Shown piece after piece: positions 23,144 through 36,193 of a stretch of DNA of 64,000 nt. The stretch is taken from positions 14,384,001-14,448,000 of the forward strand of contig OZ024766.1 of the NCBI GenBank assembly GCA_964016885.1, read 5' to 3'. A program made the translations under genes and the position numbers. Under the pieces are notes generated by a model. It was not told where the DNA came from, did no database searches, and worked only from the letters and a program-made list of their open reading frames with translations. Position 1 is the first letter of the stretch. Every line of letters starts with the position of its first letter. Origin of the DNA: Eledone cirrhosa (lineage: Eukaryota).

Positions 23144-24812
23144 ACTGTTTACATTCCATTATAATTTCATGTAAGAACCTTTGTTAAGTTATATTCCAAA
23201 CCACCTGAAACTGCTCCAGGTTCTATGCTACAAAATTGTTTATTCCAAAGCCTTTATATTATCTAAAAATCTTCCATCTAATTTCATGTAAGAACCTTTG
23301 TTAAGTTACATTCCAAACCACCTGAAACTGCCCTTATTCCACTTTAAGTTTACGGTTCATTTCTTTTTCATTTAGAATTGTCTCCTGCAAGAACATAGAT
23401 GAAAATGGATGAAAATGCACAAAAATTCAAACTGGTTATAATCAACAAGTAAAATCTTTTTCATTTTTTTTTTTTTGGCATGGCATTGGAAAAGCATCAC
23501 ACTGTCTAAAAAAGTCTGTCTTAAACCATAAGGCTTGTTAGGCCAATGCTTATCTCGGTTTCATGGCATGAAGCAACTTGAAGTACAAGACACCTTGCTG
23601 TGAAGGCACATGGCTTAGTGGTTAGAGCATTGGGCTTGCAATTGAAAGGTTGTGAGTTCAATTCTCGGACCAGGTGATGTGTTGTTTCCTTGAGCAAGAC
23701 ACTTTATTTCACATTGCTCCAGTTTACTCAGCTGTAGAAATGAAATGATAGGACTGGGGTCCCTATCATTAAATTACCCTAGACACCTCCAACGAGATAT
23801 ACCTTGGAGGAGGCCAGCTAAACCTGCATATGTGTGAGCTGTAACAACAACAACCTCGCTGGACAGGACACCAGTCCATCACAGTGTTAAACCTCCAGCT
23901 ATTACAGGTACTCATTTTCAGCTATATAATACAATATATTTTTCGTTAGGCTGGTGCTTATCTCTGTTTCATGGCGTGAAGCGACTGGGAGTACAAGATT
24001 CCCCCCTGGACAGGACACCAGTCCATCACAGGGTTAAACCTCCAGCTATTACTGGTACTCATTTTCAGCTGAGTATACTGGAGCAATGTGAAGTGAAGTG
24101 TTTTGCTCAAGAACACAACATGTAACCCAGCTCAGGAATCGAACCCATGACATTATGATTCTATGTCCAACACCCTTACCACTAGGCAATGCACCAAACT
24201 GTGCAACTCCTAAATATTTTTGTATCTCCTCGTGTTTGTGTTTTTGTAGTTTTTATGTCAAATGAATTCAGAGCATAATCGACATGAGATGATTTCAACT
24301 AAAACCTGTTTCCCTATAAATATGAAACACCCTAATATATATGTATATATGTTAAAGGTATATTATAAAGAGAAAGGACCTGCTGGCTGAGCTCTTGCTC
24401 TTTATAAAATAGCCATGCTCTACTACTGTGGGCTTTGTGTTGTGTTCTTGAGCAAGACACTTTATTTCACGTTGCTCCAGATCACTCAGCTGTGGAAATG
24501 GGTTGCGATGTCACTGGTGCCAAGCTGTATCGGCCATTGCCTTTCCCTTGGACAATATCAGTGGCATAGAGAGGGGAGGCTGTTATGCATGGGCTACTGC
24601 TGGTCTTCTACAAAACAACCTTGCCCAGACTTGTGCCTTGGAGGGGAACTTTCTAGACTCAAATTCTATGGACATTCGTGACCGAAGGATCTCTTTACCT
24701 TTTACCCTTACTAACCCATGTATCGAATACTCTGTTCAGTAATGGTCTAACTAGTTTTAAACTGGTTCTATCCTGATTTATGTTAAAGGTATAAAGGTAT
24801 CTATATACTTAC

Positions 24813-25013
24813 GAAAGACCTCCACTTCACACATGCTAAGGCTAGGTCCTGACAGCAGAATTATTGTGATTTTGTTGCCCTTAACAGGACTAGAACATTG
24901 CACATCAATAACTTTTGTCTTCTCTAGATTGGAAATCTTCTTACATATTCTGTGTTTTTTGTCATTTGATACCAACACTATTATTGAGAATTTATTTTGT
25001 GCTGCAGAAAAAC
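24813..25013 (-). CDS. F-type lectin domain, C-terminal exon
   Basis: 201 nt, phase 1-1, ttaccag and C|GTAAGT. Ends ...VQCSSPVKGNKITIILLSGPSLSMCEVEVF, the FTLD LxxCEVEV terminus. Confidence 0.9.
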
Positions 25014-25238
25014 CTGGTAAGAAAGTTAAAACAAAAAACAAATAGCAATGGTATTTGGTGGTGGTGGTGGTGGTGGTGAGGAGGAGGGAGGTTTGGGTAA
25101 AGTTTAGTCAAAAAGTGATTGGCAAACATGGGCTTGGACCAGTGCAAGATTTAGGGCACATGAAGCCCTGTGCTAGTTATGTTATGAGGCCTCTTACTCG
25201 TAAAAAATTCATCATAAAAAATTGTGCCAAATTTAGAA

Positions 25239-26900
25239 TTAACCGTTTAGCATTTAAACCGGTTGTATTCGGCCAGAATTTTCTCAACTCTTTCTATTCA
25301 AACTGGCTGTAACTGGACACTCATACTTATATTAAGGTATTGTTCTCAAAATAAATAACATCAAAATCTCATAGATTCGATATTATGTGAGATAATTATG
25401 AGGGCGGTGGATTGGCAGTAACGGTAGAGGGTCGGACGCCATGCTTTGCCGCATGGAGTTACGGCCCTTTATGATTTTAGTTCAATCCCGCCGAGGTTAA
25501 CTTTGCCTTTCATCCTTATGGGGTTGATAAAATAAAGTACCAGTCACTCACTGGGGTCGATTTAATCGACGTTCCCCTACCCCAAAATTGCTGACCTTGT
25601 GCCTATATAAAAATCCCTTATGTGATATAATTATGAGGTAAAGCCTTTACTGTGAAAATACAATAGTATATATAGAGTAATGTAAATGTTATGTGAGATA
25701 TTATGTGAGGTAAAGCCTTTACTGTGAAAATACAATAGTATATATAGAGTAATGTAAATGTTATGTGAGATATTATGTGAGGTAAAGCCTTTACTGTGAC
25801 AATACAATAGTATATATAGAGTAATGTAAATGTTATGTGAGATATTATGTGAGGTAAAGCCTTTACTGTGACAATACAATAGTATATATAGAGTAATGTA
25901 AATGTTATGTGAGGTAAAGCCTTTACTGTGTAAATACAATAGTATATATAGAGTAATGTAAATGTTATGTGAGATATTATGTGAGGTAAAGCCTTTACTG
26001 TGACAATACAATAGTATATATAGAGTAATGTAAATGTTATGTGAGGTATTATGTGAGGTAAAGCCTTTACTGTGACAAAACAATAGTATATATAGAGTAA
26101 TGTAAATGTTATGTGAGGTAAAGCCTTTACTGTGTAAATACAATAGTATATATAGAGTAATGTAAATGTTATGTGAGATATTATGTGAGGTAAAGCCTTT
26201 ACTGTGAAAATACAATAGTATATATAGAGTAATGTAAATGTTATGTGAAATATTATGTGAGGTAAAGCCTTTACCACAAAAATACAATAGTATATATAGA
26301 GTCATGTAAATGTTATGTGAGGTATTATGTGAGGTAAAGCCTTTACTGTGAAAATACAATAGTATATATAGAGTAATGTAAATGTTATGTGAGATATTAT
26401 GTGAGGTAAAGCCTTTACTGTGACAATACAATAGTATATATAGAGTAATGTAAATGTTATGTGAGGTATTATGTGAGGTAAAGCCTTTACTGTGACAATA
26501 CAATAGTATATATAGAGTAATGTAAATGTTATGTGAGATATTATGTAAGATAAAGCCTTTACTGTGAAAATACAATAGTATATATAGAGTAATGTAAATG
26601 TTATGTGAGATATTATGTGAGGTAAAGCCTTTACTGTGACAATACAATAGTATATATAGAGTAATGTAAATGTTATGTGAGGTATTATGTGAGGTAAAGC
26701 CTTTACTGTGAAAATACAATAGTATATATAGAGTAATGTAAATGTTATGTGAGGTATTATGTGAAGTAAAGCCTTTACTGTGAAAATACAATAGTATATA
26801 TAGAGTAATGTAAATGTTATGTAAGGTATTATGTGAAGTAAAGCCTTTACTGTGAAAATACAATAGTATATATAGAGTCATGTAAATGCTAAAGAGTTAA
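25239..26900. mobile_element. piggyBac-like MITE with nested SINE and ~18-copy 72/60-bp internal satellite (25620-26890)
   Basis: Same TIRs (ttaaccgtttagcattta / taaatgctaaagagttaa); the repeat unit is the reverse complement of the 73-bp unit at 22493-23003. Confidence 0.85.
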
Positions 26901-27184
26901 AACATAACTTAACAAATGTTCTTACATAAAGTTAGGATAGAAGGTTTTAAGATAGTTATAAACATTTTATCATAAACTAAGATGCGTGGCTTTGTGTTTA
27001 GAGTATTCGCCTCACAATCGTAAGGTCATGAGTTTGTTTACCAGCGGAGTGTTGTGTCCTTGAGCAAGACACTTTATTTCATATTGTTCCAGTTCACTCA
27101 GCTGGCAAAAATGAGTTGTACCTGTAATTCAAAGGGTCAGCCTTGTCACACTCTGTGTCATGCTGAATCTCCCTGAGAGCTATG

Positions 27185-27413
27185 TTAACCCTTTAGCATT
27201 TAAACTGGCCGTATCCGGCCAGAATTTTCTCACCTCTTTCTGTTCAAACCAGCCATAACTGGCTGCTCATACTTATGTGAAGGTATTATTCTCAAAATAT
27301 ATAATATCAAAATCTCATAGATTTGATATTATGTGAGATAATTATGTAAGATAAAGCCTTTACCACAAAAATGTAATATTAGATATGGAGTAATGTAAAT
27401 GCTAAAGGGTTAA
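27185..27413. mobile_element. Unexpanded ~225-bp piggyBac-like MITE inserted in a SINE
   Basis: TTAA on both sides with SINE sequence continuing across it. Further copies at 21590-21755, 30700-30995, 46407-46621 and 46618-46883. Confidence 0.85.
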
Positions 27414-27640
27414 GGGTATGCATGTCTGTGGAATACTCAGCCACTTGCACGTTAATTTCATGAGCAGGCTGTTCCAGTAATAGTGTCAACTGGAACACTC
27501 ATTGTTGTAACCGACAGTGCCAGTTCAAGTTCAAGGGGTAGAGTTGATTCAGACAGTTTGGTATCCAAACAGTTAAACAATTAGGAACATGTGTGTTTCA
27601 TGCCATTTATAAATAAATGTCTTTAGGTGACATTCTAGAA

Positions 27641-28819
27641 CAGAAGTTCTCAAACTTTTTGGGGCCATCGCCCCCCACACGGCCTTGTAATACCATCTAA
27701 AACACCACACCTATTTCCAGAGAGACCTACCTACAAGCAAATTGTAAATAATATAAAAAAAAGGAACGATTGACTTTCGTCAAATCGGACCGAGGAAACA
27801 ATGTTTCCGTTGGTCTTTCCAATTGCTAATACTAACTATCGGTCGCAACTCCAGGTAGAAGGAGCAACGTGAAATAAAGTAAATAATATATAATACATAA
27901 AATGGTTGATATATAATAAATAATTCTTTCTACTTTTGGCACAAGGCCAGCAATTACTCCAGTGTATTACTGGTACTGTATTTTATCGACCCAGTAAAGG
28001 TGAAAGGCAAAATTAACCTAGGAGGGATTTAAACTCAGATAATAAAGGGCCGTAACTCTATGCTGCAAAGCATGGTGTCCTACCTTCTATAATATATCGA
28101 AAGTCGATCAACTTCCATCAAATTGGACCACGGAATCAATGCTTCCATTGGTCTTTCCAATTGCTAATACTATCTATCAGTTGCAACTCCAGGTAGAAAG
28201 AACAACCTCACAACCTCACGATTGCAAATCCGATTCTCTAATCACTCAGCCTTCACTATCATCATCATTATCATCATTTTACATCCGCTTTTCCCTGCTT
28301 GTAAGGGTGGGACAGGTCTTATTAAACACAGCATCTCTCCATTTGTCACGGTACCTTGTCATCTTCTCCATGAGCTTCAGTGATCTGAGGTCTGCTCTCA
28401 CCACCTCTGCCCATGTTTTTCGTGATCTTCCTCTACTCTGTCTTCCTTCTACTGGGATTTCTTGGCAGTTCTTTACCCAGCTGTCATCCACCATGCGCAT
28501 CACATGTCCATACCAACACAGTCTTCTCTCCCACACACTACAACTTATCCCTCTTATACACAGTTTCTCTCTCAACTCGTCTATACTTTGTCGTTCACAC
28601 ACATTGACATCACACATGCAACAGCATATACTTGCTTCATTTCTATCCACTATATAATATATACTATGTATCAATAAATATCATATAATTTTTTATTTTA
28701 CTATATTTATATATAAAATTTATCATTTGATATTTGATATACTATTATATCGTCTCCACCCCCATCCTTAAGCCCCAGCACCCCTCTTGGGGCAGTAGCA
28801 CCCACTTTGAGAACCCCTG
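27641..28819. mobile_element. hAT-type MITE with nested SINE and RTE fragments
   Basis: TIRs cagaagttctcaaac and tttgagaacccctg; 8-bp TSD TTCTAGAA/TTCTAGAG. Confidence 0.78.
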
Positions 28820-28898
28820 TTCTAGAGGGAAGTGAAATTGTAAAGTGTAACAGGCAAGAAGACAAAATCTTTCCAAACAAACAAAAAAACCAACTTAC

Positions 28899-29156
28899 TA
28901 TCAATATAGTTATAATATATCCTTAGTTGGGAAATATCGTATGTTTGTCTGAGTTCAAGAGTCCACAATGATGTTGGAGAGCTCATTGTATGAGAACAAG
29001 ATCTGTGTTGTGGGTTTTGATCGAAGTTACCATCTACAGCCAGGTTAGCTGACATTGAGTACATTTCATTGCGACAAACATTGTTTTTCATTAGAATTAC
29101 ACTGCTTGTTTTGTCTGTCGTGGTTTGTGTAGCTACTTTACCAATAGCTATATTTC
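28899..29156 (-). CDS. F-type lectin (fucolectin/F5-8 type C-like) domain, N-terminal exon
   Basis: 258 nt, phase 1-1, ttttcag and A|GTAAGT. Translates to NIAIGKVATQ...ANLAVDGNFDQNPQHRSCSHT...LWTLEL...ISQLRIY, matching the FTLD motifs NVAxGKxAxQ, AxxAIDGN and CxHT. Confidence 0.9.
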
Positions 29157-29787
29157 CTGAAAAAGAATGAAAGAAAATTTAATGAAAGTCAATTACTATG
29201 AAATGAAATGGATCTCAGTCAGTTGAAACGATGATTTATCCAGTGGGAAAAGACAAATTGTTTTCTATATACTAAACTTTTGAAATATCTTTTACGTTAT
29301 CTCTAAATTATTCCATATTTCCAGTAGAGGCATGTGGCCTAGTGTTAAGTGTGTTGGACTTACAATCATAATGTCATGGGTTCGATTTCTGGGGTGGGTT
29401 GTGTGTTGTGTTCTTGAGCAAAACACTTCATTTCACGTTGCTCCAGTATACTCTGCTGAAAATGAGCACCAGCAATAGCTGTGGAGGGTGTAACCCTGCA
29501 ATGGACTGATGTCCTGTCCAGGAGGAAGTCTTGTACTCACAGTCGCTTTATGCCATGAAACCAGGATAAGCATTGGCCTAATGAGCCTTCAGGCTTGAGA
29601 CAGTATAGTCCTATACGAACGAGACACGGTCACCCGACCAATCTTGCCTCAATTGGGACAACTCCCGACTAACCCATGCTAGCATGGAAGATAGACGTAA
29701 ACGATGATGATGATGATGATGATATAGCAACCTCAGCCTCAACAGCGACAGCAACAACAATGGCATGATAATTAGAAATCTACTTAC

Positions 29788-29931
29788 TATAGGTTTTTAC
29801 TTGGCAATCCGGTCCGGTCCATCCTTCTTCCCAGCCATATGGGCAAGCCCCAGTTTGTTGATGGCAGTCAGCATCGTTTAAACAATGGCATTGCTTGTTA
29901 CAAGTATATCCATACCATTGAGATGCACAAC
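29788..29931 (-). CDS. EGF-like exon (GCASQWYGYTCNKQCHCLNDADCHQQTGACPYGWEEGWTGPDCQVKTY)
   Basis: 144 nt, phase 1-1, acceptor aacatag, donor A|GTAAGT; laminin/MEGF-type EGF cysteine spacing. Confidence 0.88.
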
Positions 29932-31052
29932 CTATGTTAAAAGTTAGAATTTATCACACTGATGGACTACATTTCCACAGTTCTCTCTCATCTACAGTTA
30001 ATTGTTTCTACTATTTGGCACAAGGTACCAGTAATACACAGGGGTAATTGCTGAATTACCTCAGTGCATTACTGGTGCTTTATTTTATTGACCCCCCCCC
30101 CCATAAGAATGAAAGGCAAACCTTGGCGGGTTTGAAATCAGAACGTAAAGGGCCATAACTCTATGCTGCAAAGCATGGTGTCTGACACTCTATGGATTAC
30201 TGCCAATCCAATAATAATAATTGTTTCTACTTTTGGCACAAGGCCAGCCAGCAATTACCCCCAGTGCATTACTGGTACTTTATTTTATCGACCTCCATAA
30301 GAATGAAAGGCAAAGCTAACTTCAGCAGGATTTGAACTCAGAACGTAAAGGGCCATAATTCTATGCTGCAAAACATGGTGTCTGATGCTCTACGGATTAC
30401 TGCCAGTCCAATCCAGCAATTACCCCAGTGCATTACTGGTACTTTATTTTATCGACCCCTGTAAGGATGAAAGGCAAAGTTAACCTCGGCGGGATTTGAA
30501 CTCAGAACATAAAGGGCCGTAAACATGATGTCTGACACTCTACCGATTACTGCCAGTCTCACATAATTATCTCACCTAATATTATGGTCTGAGTTCAAAT
30601 CCCGGCGAGGATAACTTTGCCATTCATCCTTACGGGGGTCGATAAAATAAAGTACCAGTAATACACTGGGGTAATTGCTGGCCTTGTGCCCCCAAAAGTA
30701 GAAACATAATATTGAATATATTAGATTTTGATATTATCTATTTTGAGAACATTATCTTAACATTAATAAGGACGGTGGGTTGGCAGTATCGGTGGAGGGT
30801 CGGACGCCATGCTTTCCAGCATAGAGTTACGGCCCTTTACGATCTGAGTAATGCACTGGGTAATTGCTGGCCTTGTGCCTAAAGTAGAAACAATTATCTT
30901 AACATGAATATGAACGGCTGGTTACAGCCAGTTTGAACAGAAAGAGGTGAGAGAATTCTGGCCAGATACAGTCGCTTTAAATGCTAAAGGGTTAACAGTC
31001 ACAGTTTGTAGAGATTAACAACTAAAGTTTGAATGAATAAAGATCAACAGAC

Positions 31053-31202
31053 CTGATAATGATAATGTTTCGATACAGGTACCCTCTCCTTTTATAGAAA
31101 TAGACCAAGCGTTTACATCCCCTGAACAGCTCAAAGGTCTGGTTGTACATATTGATGTACAAAAGGGTTCCTTATTTTTGCCAAAAAATACTGAAACTGT
31201 CT
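31053..31202 (-). CDS. 5'-most visible coding exon of FTL/EGF gene (xTVSVFFGKNKEPFCTSICTTRPLSCSGDVNAWSISIKGEGTCIETLSLS)
   Basis: 150 nt, phase 1-1, acceptor tttcag and donor G|GTCTGT. Open frame, Cys-containing, splices in frame to the next exon. Upstream exons and signal peptide not found. Confidence 0.65.
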
Positions 31203-31240
31203 CTGAAATGAGAAGTGTAAATATATATATATATTTATAT

Positions 31241-32330
31241 ATAACGGAGGAAATGTGGTAAGGAACCAGGTGGACCATAACGCACCAAAGTACTCAATAC
31301 TTAGGGTAGTAGAGTGGGTAATAGGAACGAGTAGGACCCCGACGGCTGAGCTCAAGCCGTTTCGACGGCTAATTCTGGACTAAATGAACATTTTTATCCT
31401 GGTATTTGAATAGCCGAGCTTCTAAAGGGGTAATTCCATATATGGTAAAAGTGATTGTCACGAGGATTGGTCAAAAGTTTGTTGTTGAGACATAATAATT
31501 CTATGATGGCAATTTGTGGAGGGAAGGGGTAGCTGAACCTGCCAGTAGGAGAAAGAGGGAGAGGAGGTGGAGGAGACCCAGTCATGCGTTGATAGTGCCG
31601 ACTACAGCTGGGCATGAGGTCAAAGAGGATACTAGGGAGGGGGAGGAAGTCGAAACAATTAGTAAAACAATTAGTAAAACAATATGGGGTAAATATATAG
31701 AAAAATACCGAGAGTGTTAAAAAGCAATTAAATGTAAAAAAGAAAAAAAATAAACAAATCGACCTAAGTCTCTCACTGGTACTGCTAGGCTAAAGAAAGG
31801 TTTACTAGGTGGGACGGAATTATAATGAGACCCTTTTAAGAGGTATAAGTAATAAACCAAGTATATCTTACGGCGACGGGTCAACAAGTGAGGGGCCAAA
31901 ATACTAAAGAAACTACCACGAAATAATAAATAAAGGTTTCTACCCCAGGCACAAGGCCAGCAACCACCCAGTGCAAAAAGTAAACTAATACGAAATAATA
32001 ATTCAGAGTCCCGAAAAAGAATACTAATACTATCTCTAAGGGTGCCGCCACGATACAAAAGTTCTAGTGCAAACTACATAAAAGCTCGTACGAAGTATAT
32101 GTAAAATTTGATACGGAAAATTAGTTCAGAATCCCCCCCCCCCCAGTAGCGGTGTTGTAGTGGGAAGTGTTTTTCAATGAGCCTAAAGAAGATTTTCCCG
32201 ATAGGAGTTGTCACCTCGGCGTTGTGGGGAGGATTGAACTGGTTACTGCATGTAAACACAGATTGCGTAGGACTTACCTCGCCCTAAAACCCCATAATGA
32301 CCCGTGGGGTAGACTAGGGCTATAACACCC
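31241..32330 (-). mobile_element. Penelope-like element (PLE) relic
   Basis: Peptide QFNPPHNAEVTTPIGKIFFRLIEKHFP (32074-32259) resembles the WFNPP...IGK.FL.LI.KHFP motif of invertebrate PLE ORFs. Terminal segment with hammerhead is repeated at 36090-36300 (direct) and 36481-36545 (inverted). Confidence 0.65.
31336..31431 (-). ncRNA. Hammerhead-like motif, U3-A8 variant, core mutated (UUUAGAA)
   Basis: ACCCC-UUUAGAA-G..CGGCUA...UAGCCGUC-GAAA-CGGCU..AGCCG-UC-GGGGU. Confidence 0.65.
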
Positions 32331-32740
32331 CACTTGCCGATTTTGTAATGGGTAACCCCTGCTTGCAAAGGTAGACGTAAGATCTTTTATATCTTTTTAT
32401 CGCTTCCTCTATATTTCCTTCTTCTCCCCATCCCTCCCTAGTCCTTCCACCCCAGTCCTCTTTCTTTGTCGTCGTCCTTTTCATTTTCTCGCCCACCCGA
32501 GGCAGCCCCTCGGTCCTTTGTAGCTTCAGTAGCCCCACCCCCTTCCCCTATTCTATATATATATATATATATGTGTGGAAAAAATGAAACGAAATTTCAT
32601 TTCTCACTCTTAGTGCGGCTGTTACTTAAATATAAAGTATGTATACATACATACATATATGTATACAGACGTACAGTAGTATATATACATGCACACATAT
32701 ATATATGTACGTATGGCACTCAATGACAATGTCACAGATT

Positions 32741-35700
32741 AAGACAAATTCACCTCCTGCTGCAAGACGAGAATACAAGGACCCCTCTTTATTTCAGACA
32801 CAGATGACCAACAAAATCCCGTCTCCCACACCCCTCCCTGCCCCTCCAACCCATCCATCCCACCCTCCCAACTTCAGAGTTGGTACCATGAACGTAGGCA
32901 CATTGAAAGGTCGCTCAAATGAGGTTGTAGAGATGCTTGAACGTAAAGAAGTTGATGTTTGTTGTATTCAAGAGACTAGGTGGAGAGGGGGATCTGCCAG
33001 ATTCATCGTGGGTAAAAAACGATGCTATAAACTTTTCTGGGTGGGAAATGACAACGGACAGGGTAGTGTAGGAATTATGTTAGCTGAAAAATGGGTAGAT
33101 AAGGTAATTGACGTAAATATAGTGAATGACAGAATAATTGAATTAAGACTAGTTCTAAATAGAATTACTGTGACAATAATATCCGCTTATGCACCCCAAT
33201 CTGGTCTCCCTGATGTTATAAAGGACAGGTTCTATGAGATGCTAATGCACACTACCTCCCAAATAACCGACAGCGACTACTTAATTATTGCTAGCGATCT
33301 AAACAGTCACGTTGGACAACATAGTGATGGCTATGATGGAATTCATGGAGGCTATGGGGTTGGAAATAGAAATGAGAAGGGTTTCAGAATCCTGGAATTC
33401 TGTGATGCAAATAGCCTAACTATATGTAACACAAACTTCAAAAAACGTGAAAACCACTTGATCACCTATAGATCAGGGGAACACGCCAGCCAGATAGATT
33501 ATATCCTTACTAGAAGACGGGACAAAATGTCTGTTGTAAACTCTAAATCCCTCCCCCGTGAAGAATGCCCCTCCCAACATCGCCTAGTAGTTAGTGACCT
33601 CATAGCCAGGAATAGACGTACTCGACGACAGAGGAGGCCTACCTTGAGGAGAAGAATATGGAAGTTGAAGGACCCCATAGCCAGTGACAAATTTAAAAGC
33701 TTATTATTTGTTGCCTTTGACAATAAGGAAGAGCAATTAGAGACGTGCAATAGAGAGGAACAGTGGCAATCCTTGAAAGTGAACCTGCTGAAAGCAACGG
33801 ATGAAATCTGTGGCTGGAGCAGACCTATTGGCAGGAGGAGAGTAACTTGGTGGTGGAACAGTGAGGTGGAAGAGACAATCAAGGGCAAAAAGCAGGCTTG
33901 GAAAGAATGGCAGGATGGGGGGCGTAGAGAGCACTATCAAGTGGCCAGGAGAGAAGCTAGGAGACAAGTGTACCTTGCAAAAAGGGTAGCAGAGGATAGA
34001 AAGTTCAAGCATGTTCTGCAACGTGAGGACCAAAAACGTGAGGTGTTCAGGATTGCTAGACAATGTGTCAAGGAAAACCGTGATATTGTCGGGGAGAAGT
34101 GTGTCCGTAATGATAATGGTGTACTTGCGCTCACTGATACTGATAAGCCTGGAAGAGGCACTACGAGAGACTATTAAATGAGAAGAATAAATGGGAAAAA
34201 GATAGTCTGCCCCAAATCGATCCAATGGTGCAAGGTAAAGGTAGTATAATAAGTAAGGCAATCAAAGATATGAAGACAGGCAAGGCAGCTGGGCCTTTGG
34301 AGGTAGTTGCTGAGATGCCTTCAACATCTGGTATGGTGGGACACACTATGGTCACACGTATAGTTAACCAAGTAATACAGAATGGAGTCATACCGAAAGA
34401 CTGGCGTAGCAGCATCATCATTAACTGCTACAAGGGTAAAGGGGATGCTCTAGATAGGGGAAACTATAGAGGCATTAAGTTAGTTGACCAGGTCATGAAG
34501 ATCACAGAAAGAGTAATAGCGCAACTAATCAGAGAGCGAATTGATCTAGATGAAATGCAGTTTGGGTTTGTGTCAGGTAAAAGTACCACAGACGCTCTTT
34601 TCCTTGTACAACTACAAGAGAAGTACCTAGCTAAAAGTAAACCCCTCTACTTAGCTTTTGTAGACCTGGAGAAAACTTTTGACAGAGTCCCCCGCTCCAT
34701 TATCTGGTGGGCTCTTAGAAAACTAGATGTAGATGAATGGCTGGTGAGAGCTATACAAGCTATGTATAATGAAACAGTCAGTAAGGTTAGAATTAACAAT
34801 GAATATTGTGAAGAATTTAGTGTAAAAGTTGGCGTTCATCAAGGCTCTGTCCTTAGCCCCCTCTTATTTATTATTGCCCTTCAGGCTATAACAGAGGAGT
34901 TCAAGACCCGCTGCCCATGAGAACTCCTATACGCAGATGATCTAACGCTCATAGTTGAATCAATGGCTGAACTAGAGAAGAAATTCGAAACATGGAAGCA
35001 TGGCCTAGAATCAAAAGGCCTTAAAGTTAACTTGTCTAAGACTAAAGTTCTAGTTTGTAGAAAGGAAAATAGGGCACAGGTGCCCTCAAGGAAATGGCTA
35101 TGCTCAGTGTGTAGGAAAGGAGTAGGCAGAAATTCCATTTTATGTCCCAAATGCAAAGTATGGGTACATAAAAGATGTAGTGGGATCACAGGTAAACTAT
35201 CTCAGAACGTAGACTTTATATGTGGCCAATGCTCAGGTGCAATAAGTAGCAAGTGTCCAAAGGATACTAGCTCCTTCCATTGCCCAGATGGTTCTATAGA
35301 AATAGTAGACACTTTCCGTTACCTGGGTGACGAAATCAACAGTGGTGGAGGGTGTTCTGAAAGTACAGTAGCCAGAGTCAGAACGGGATGGAAAAAGTTC
35401 AGAGAGCTTATACCGTTGTTGGCCACAAAAGGTTTCTCTCTAAAAATGAAAGGCAGATTGTATGATGCCTGTTTCTCTCTAAAAATGAAAGGCAGATTGG
35501 TATGGCCATGTGATGCGCATTAAAGACGACAGTTGTATAAAAAAAGTGCAGGGCGATCAAAATTGATGGTAGTTACGGAGTAGGTAAACCCAGAAAAACC
35601 TGGGATGATCTGATAAATTCCGACCTTACATACTTACATCTCTCTAAGACAATGTCTCTGGACCGAGATCTTTGGTGCTATGCAGTAATACAGAAGACCC

Positions 35701-36078
35701 GCCTTGCCTATGTACAAAACGAAACCTACAGTCAGTAGGCACCTCTTAACCAAATATACACCCCAATCTACTACCCCTACCCTATCCTCCCACTCCCACC
35801 AACAGCATGAGAAAATGAAATCGAGTTCGTGTAGGTGTCACGGGAAAGAAAAAAAAAACACACAGTCCACGCTGTAATGTGGTCGTGTAGGTAACATGGT
35901 AAAAAGTTCCCAGTTCCACACTGTAAATGTGGTTGGTGTTAGGAAGGGCATCCAGCCGTAGAAAACCTGCCAGATAGTTCTATATGAGTGAGACACGGTC
36001 ACCCGACCAGCCTTGCCTCAACTCCCGTCTAACCCATGCTAGCGTGGAAAATGGACGTTAAACGAAGATGATGATGAT
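32741..36078 (+). mobile_element. Near full-length RTE LINE (same family as 9270-13181), frameshifted
   Basis: Shared 5' end AAGACAAATTCACCTC; APE (NVGTL, IQETRW, QIDYIL) and RT (GVHQGSVLSP, YADD) motifs; (GAT)n tail. Confidence 0.95.
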
Positions 36079-36097
36079 ATATATAGGAAAATGTATG

Positions 36098-36193
36098 ACC
36101 TCGACAGTAGAGCTCAAGCCGTTTCGACGGCTATTTCTGGACTAAATTAGAATTTTTAGCCTGGTAAATAAATAGCCGAACTTTTCAAGGGGT
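36098..36193 (-). ncRNA. Hammerhead-like motif, U3-A8 core variant (UUGAAAA)
   Basis: ACCCC-UUGAAAA-G..CGGCUAUUU...AAAUAGCCG UC-GAAA-CGG...CUG-UC-GAGGU; paralog of 31336-31431. Confidence 0.68.

Noticed and set aside
25618-26881. 416-aa and 219-aa repetitive ORFs
   Set aside because: 72/60-bp satellite inside a MITE; open only because unit lengths are multiples of 3.
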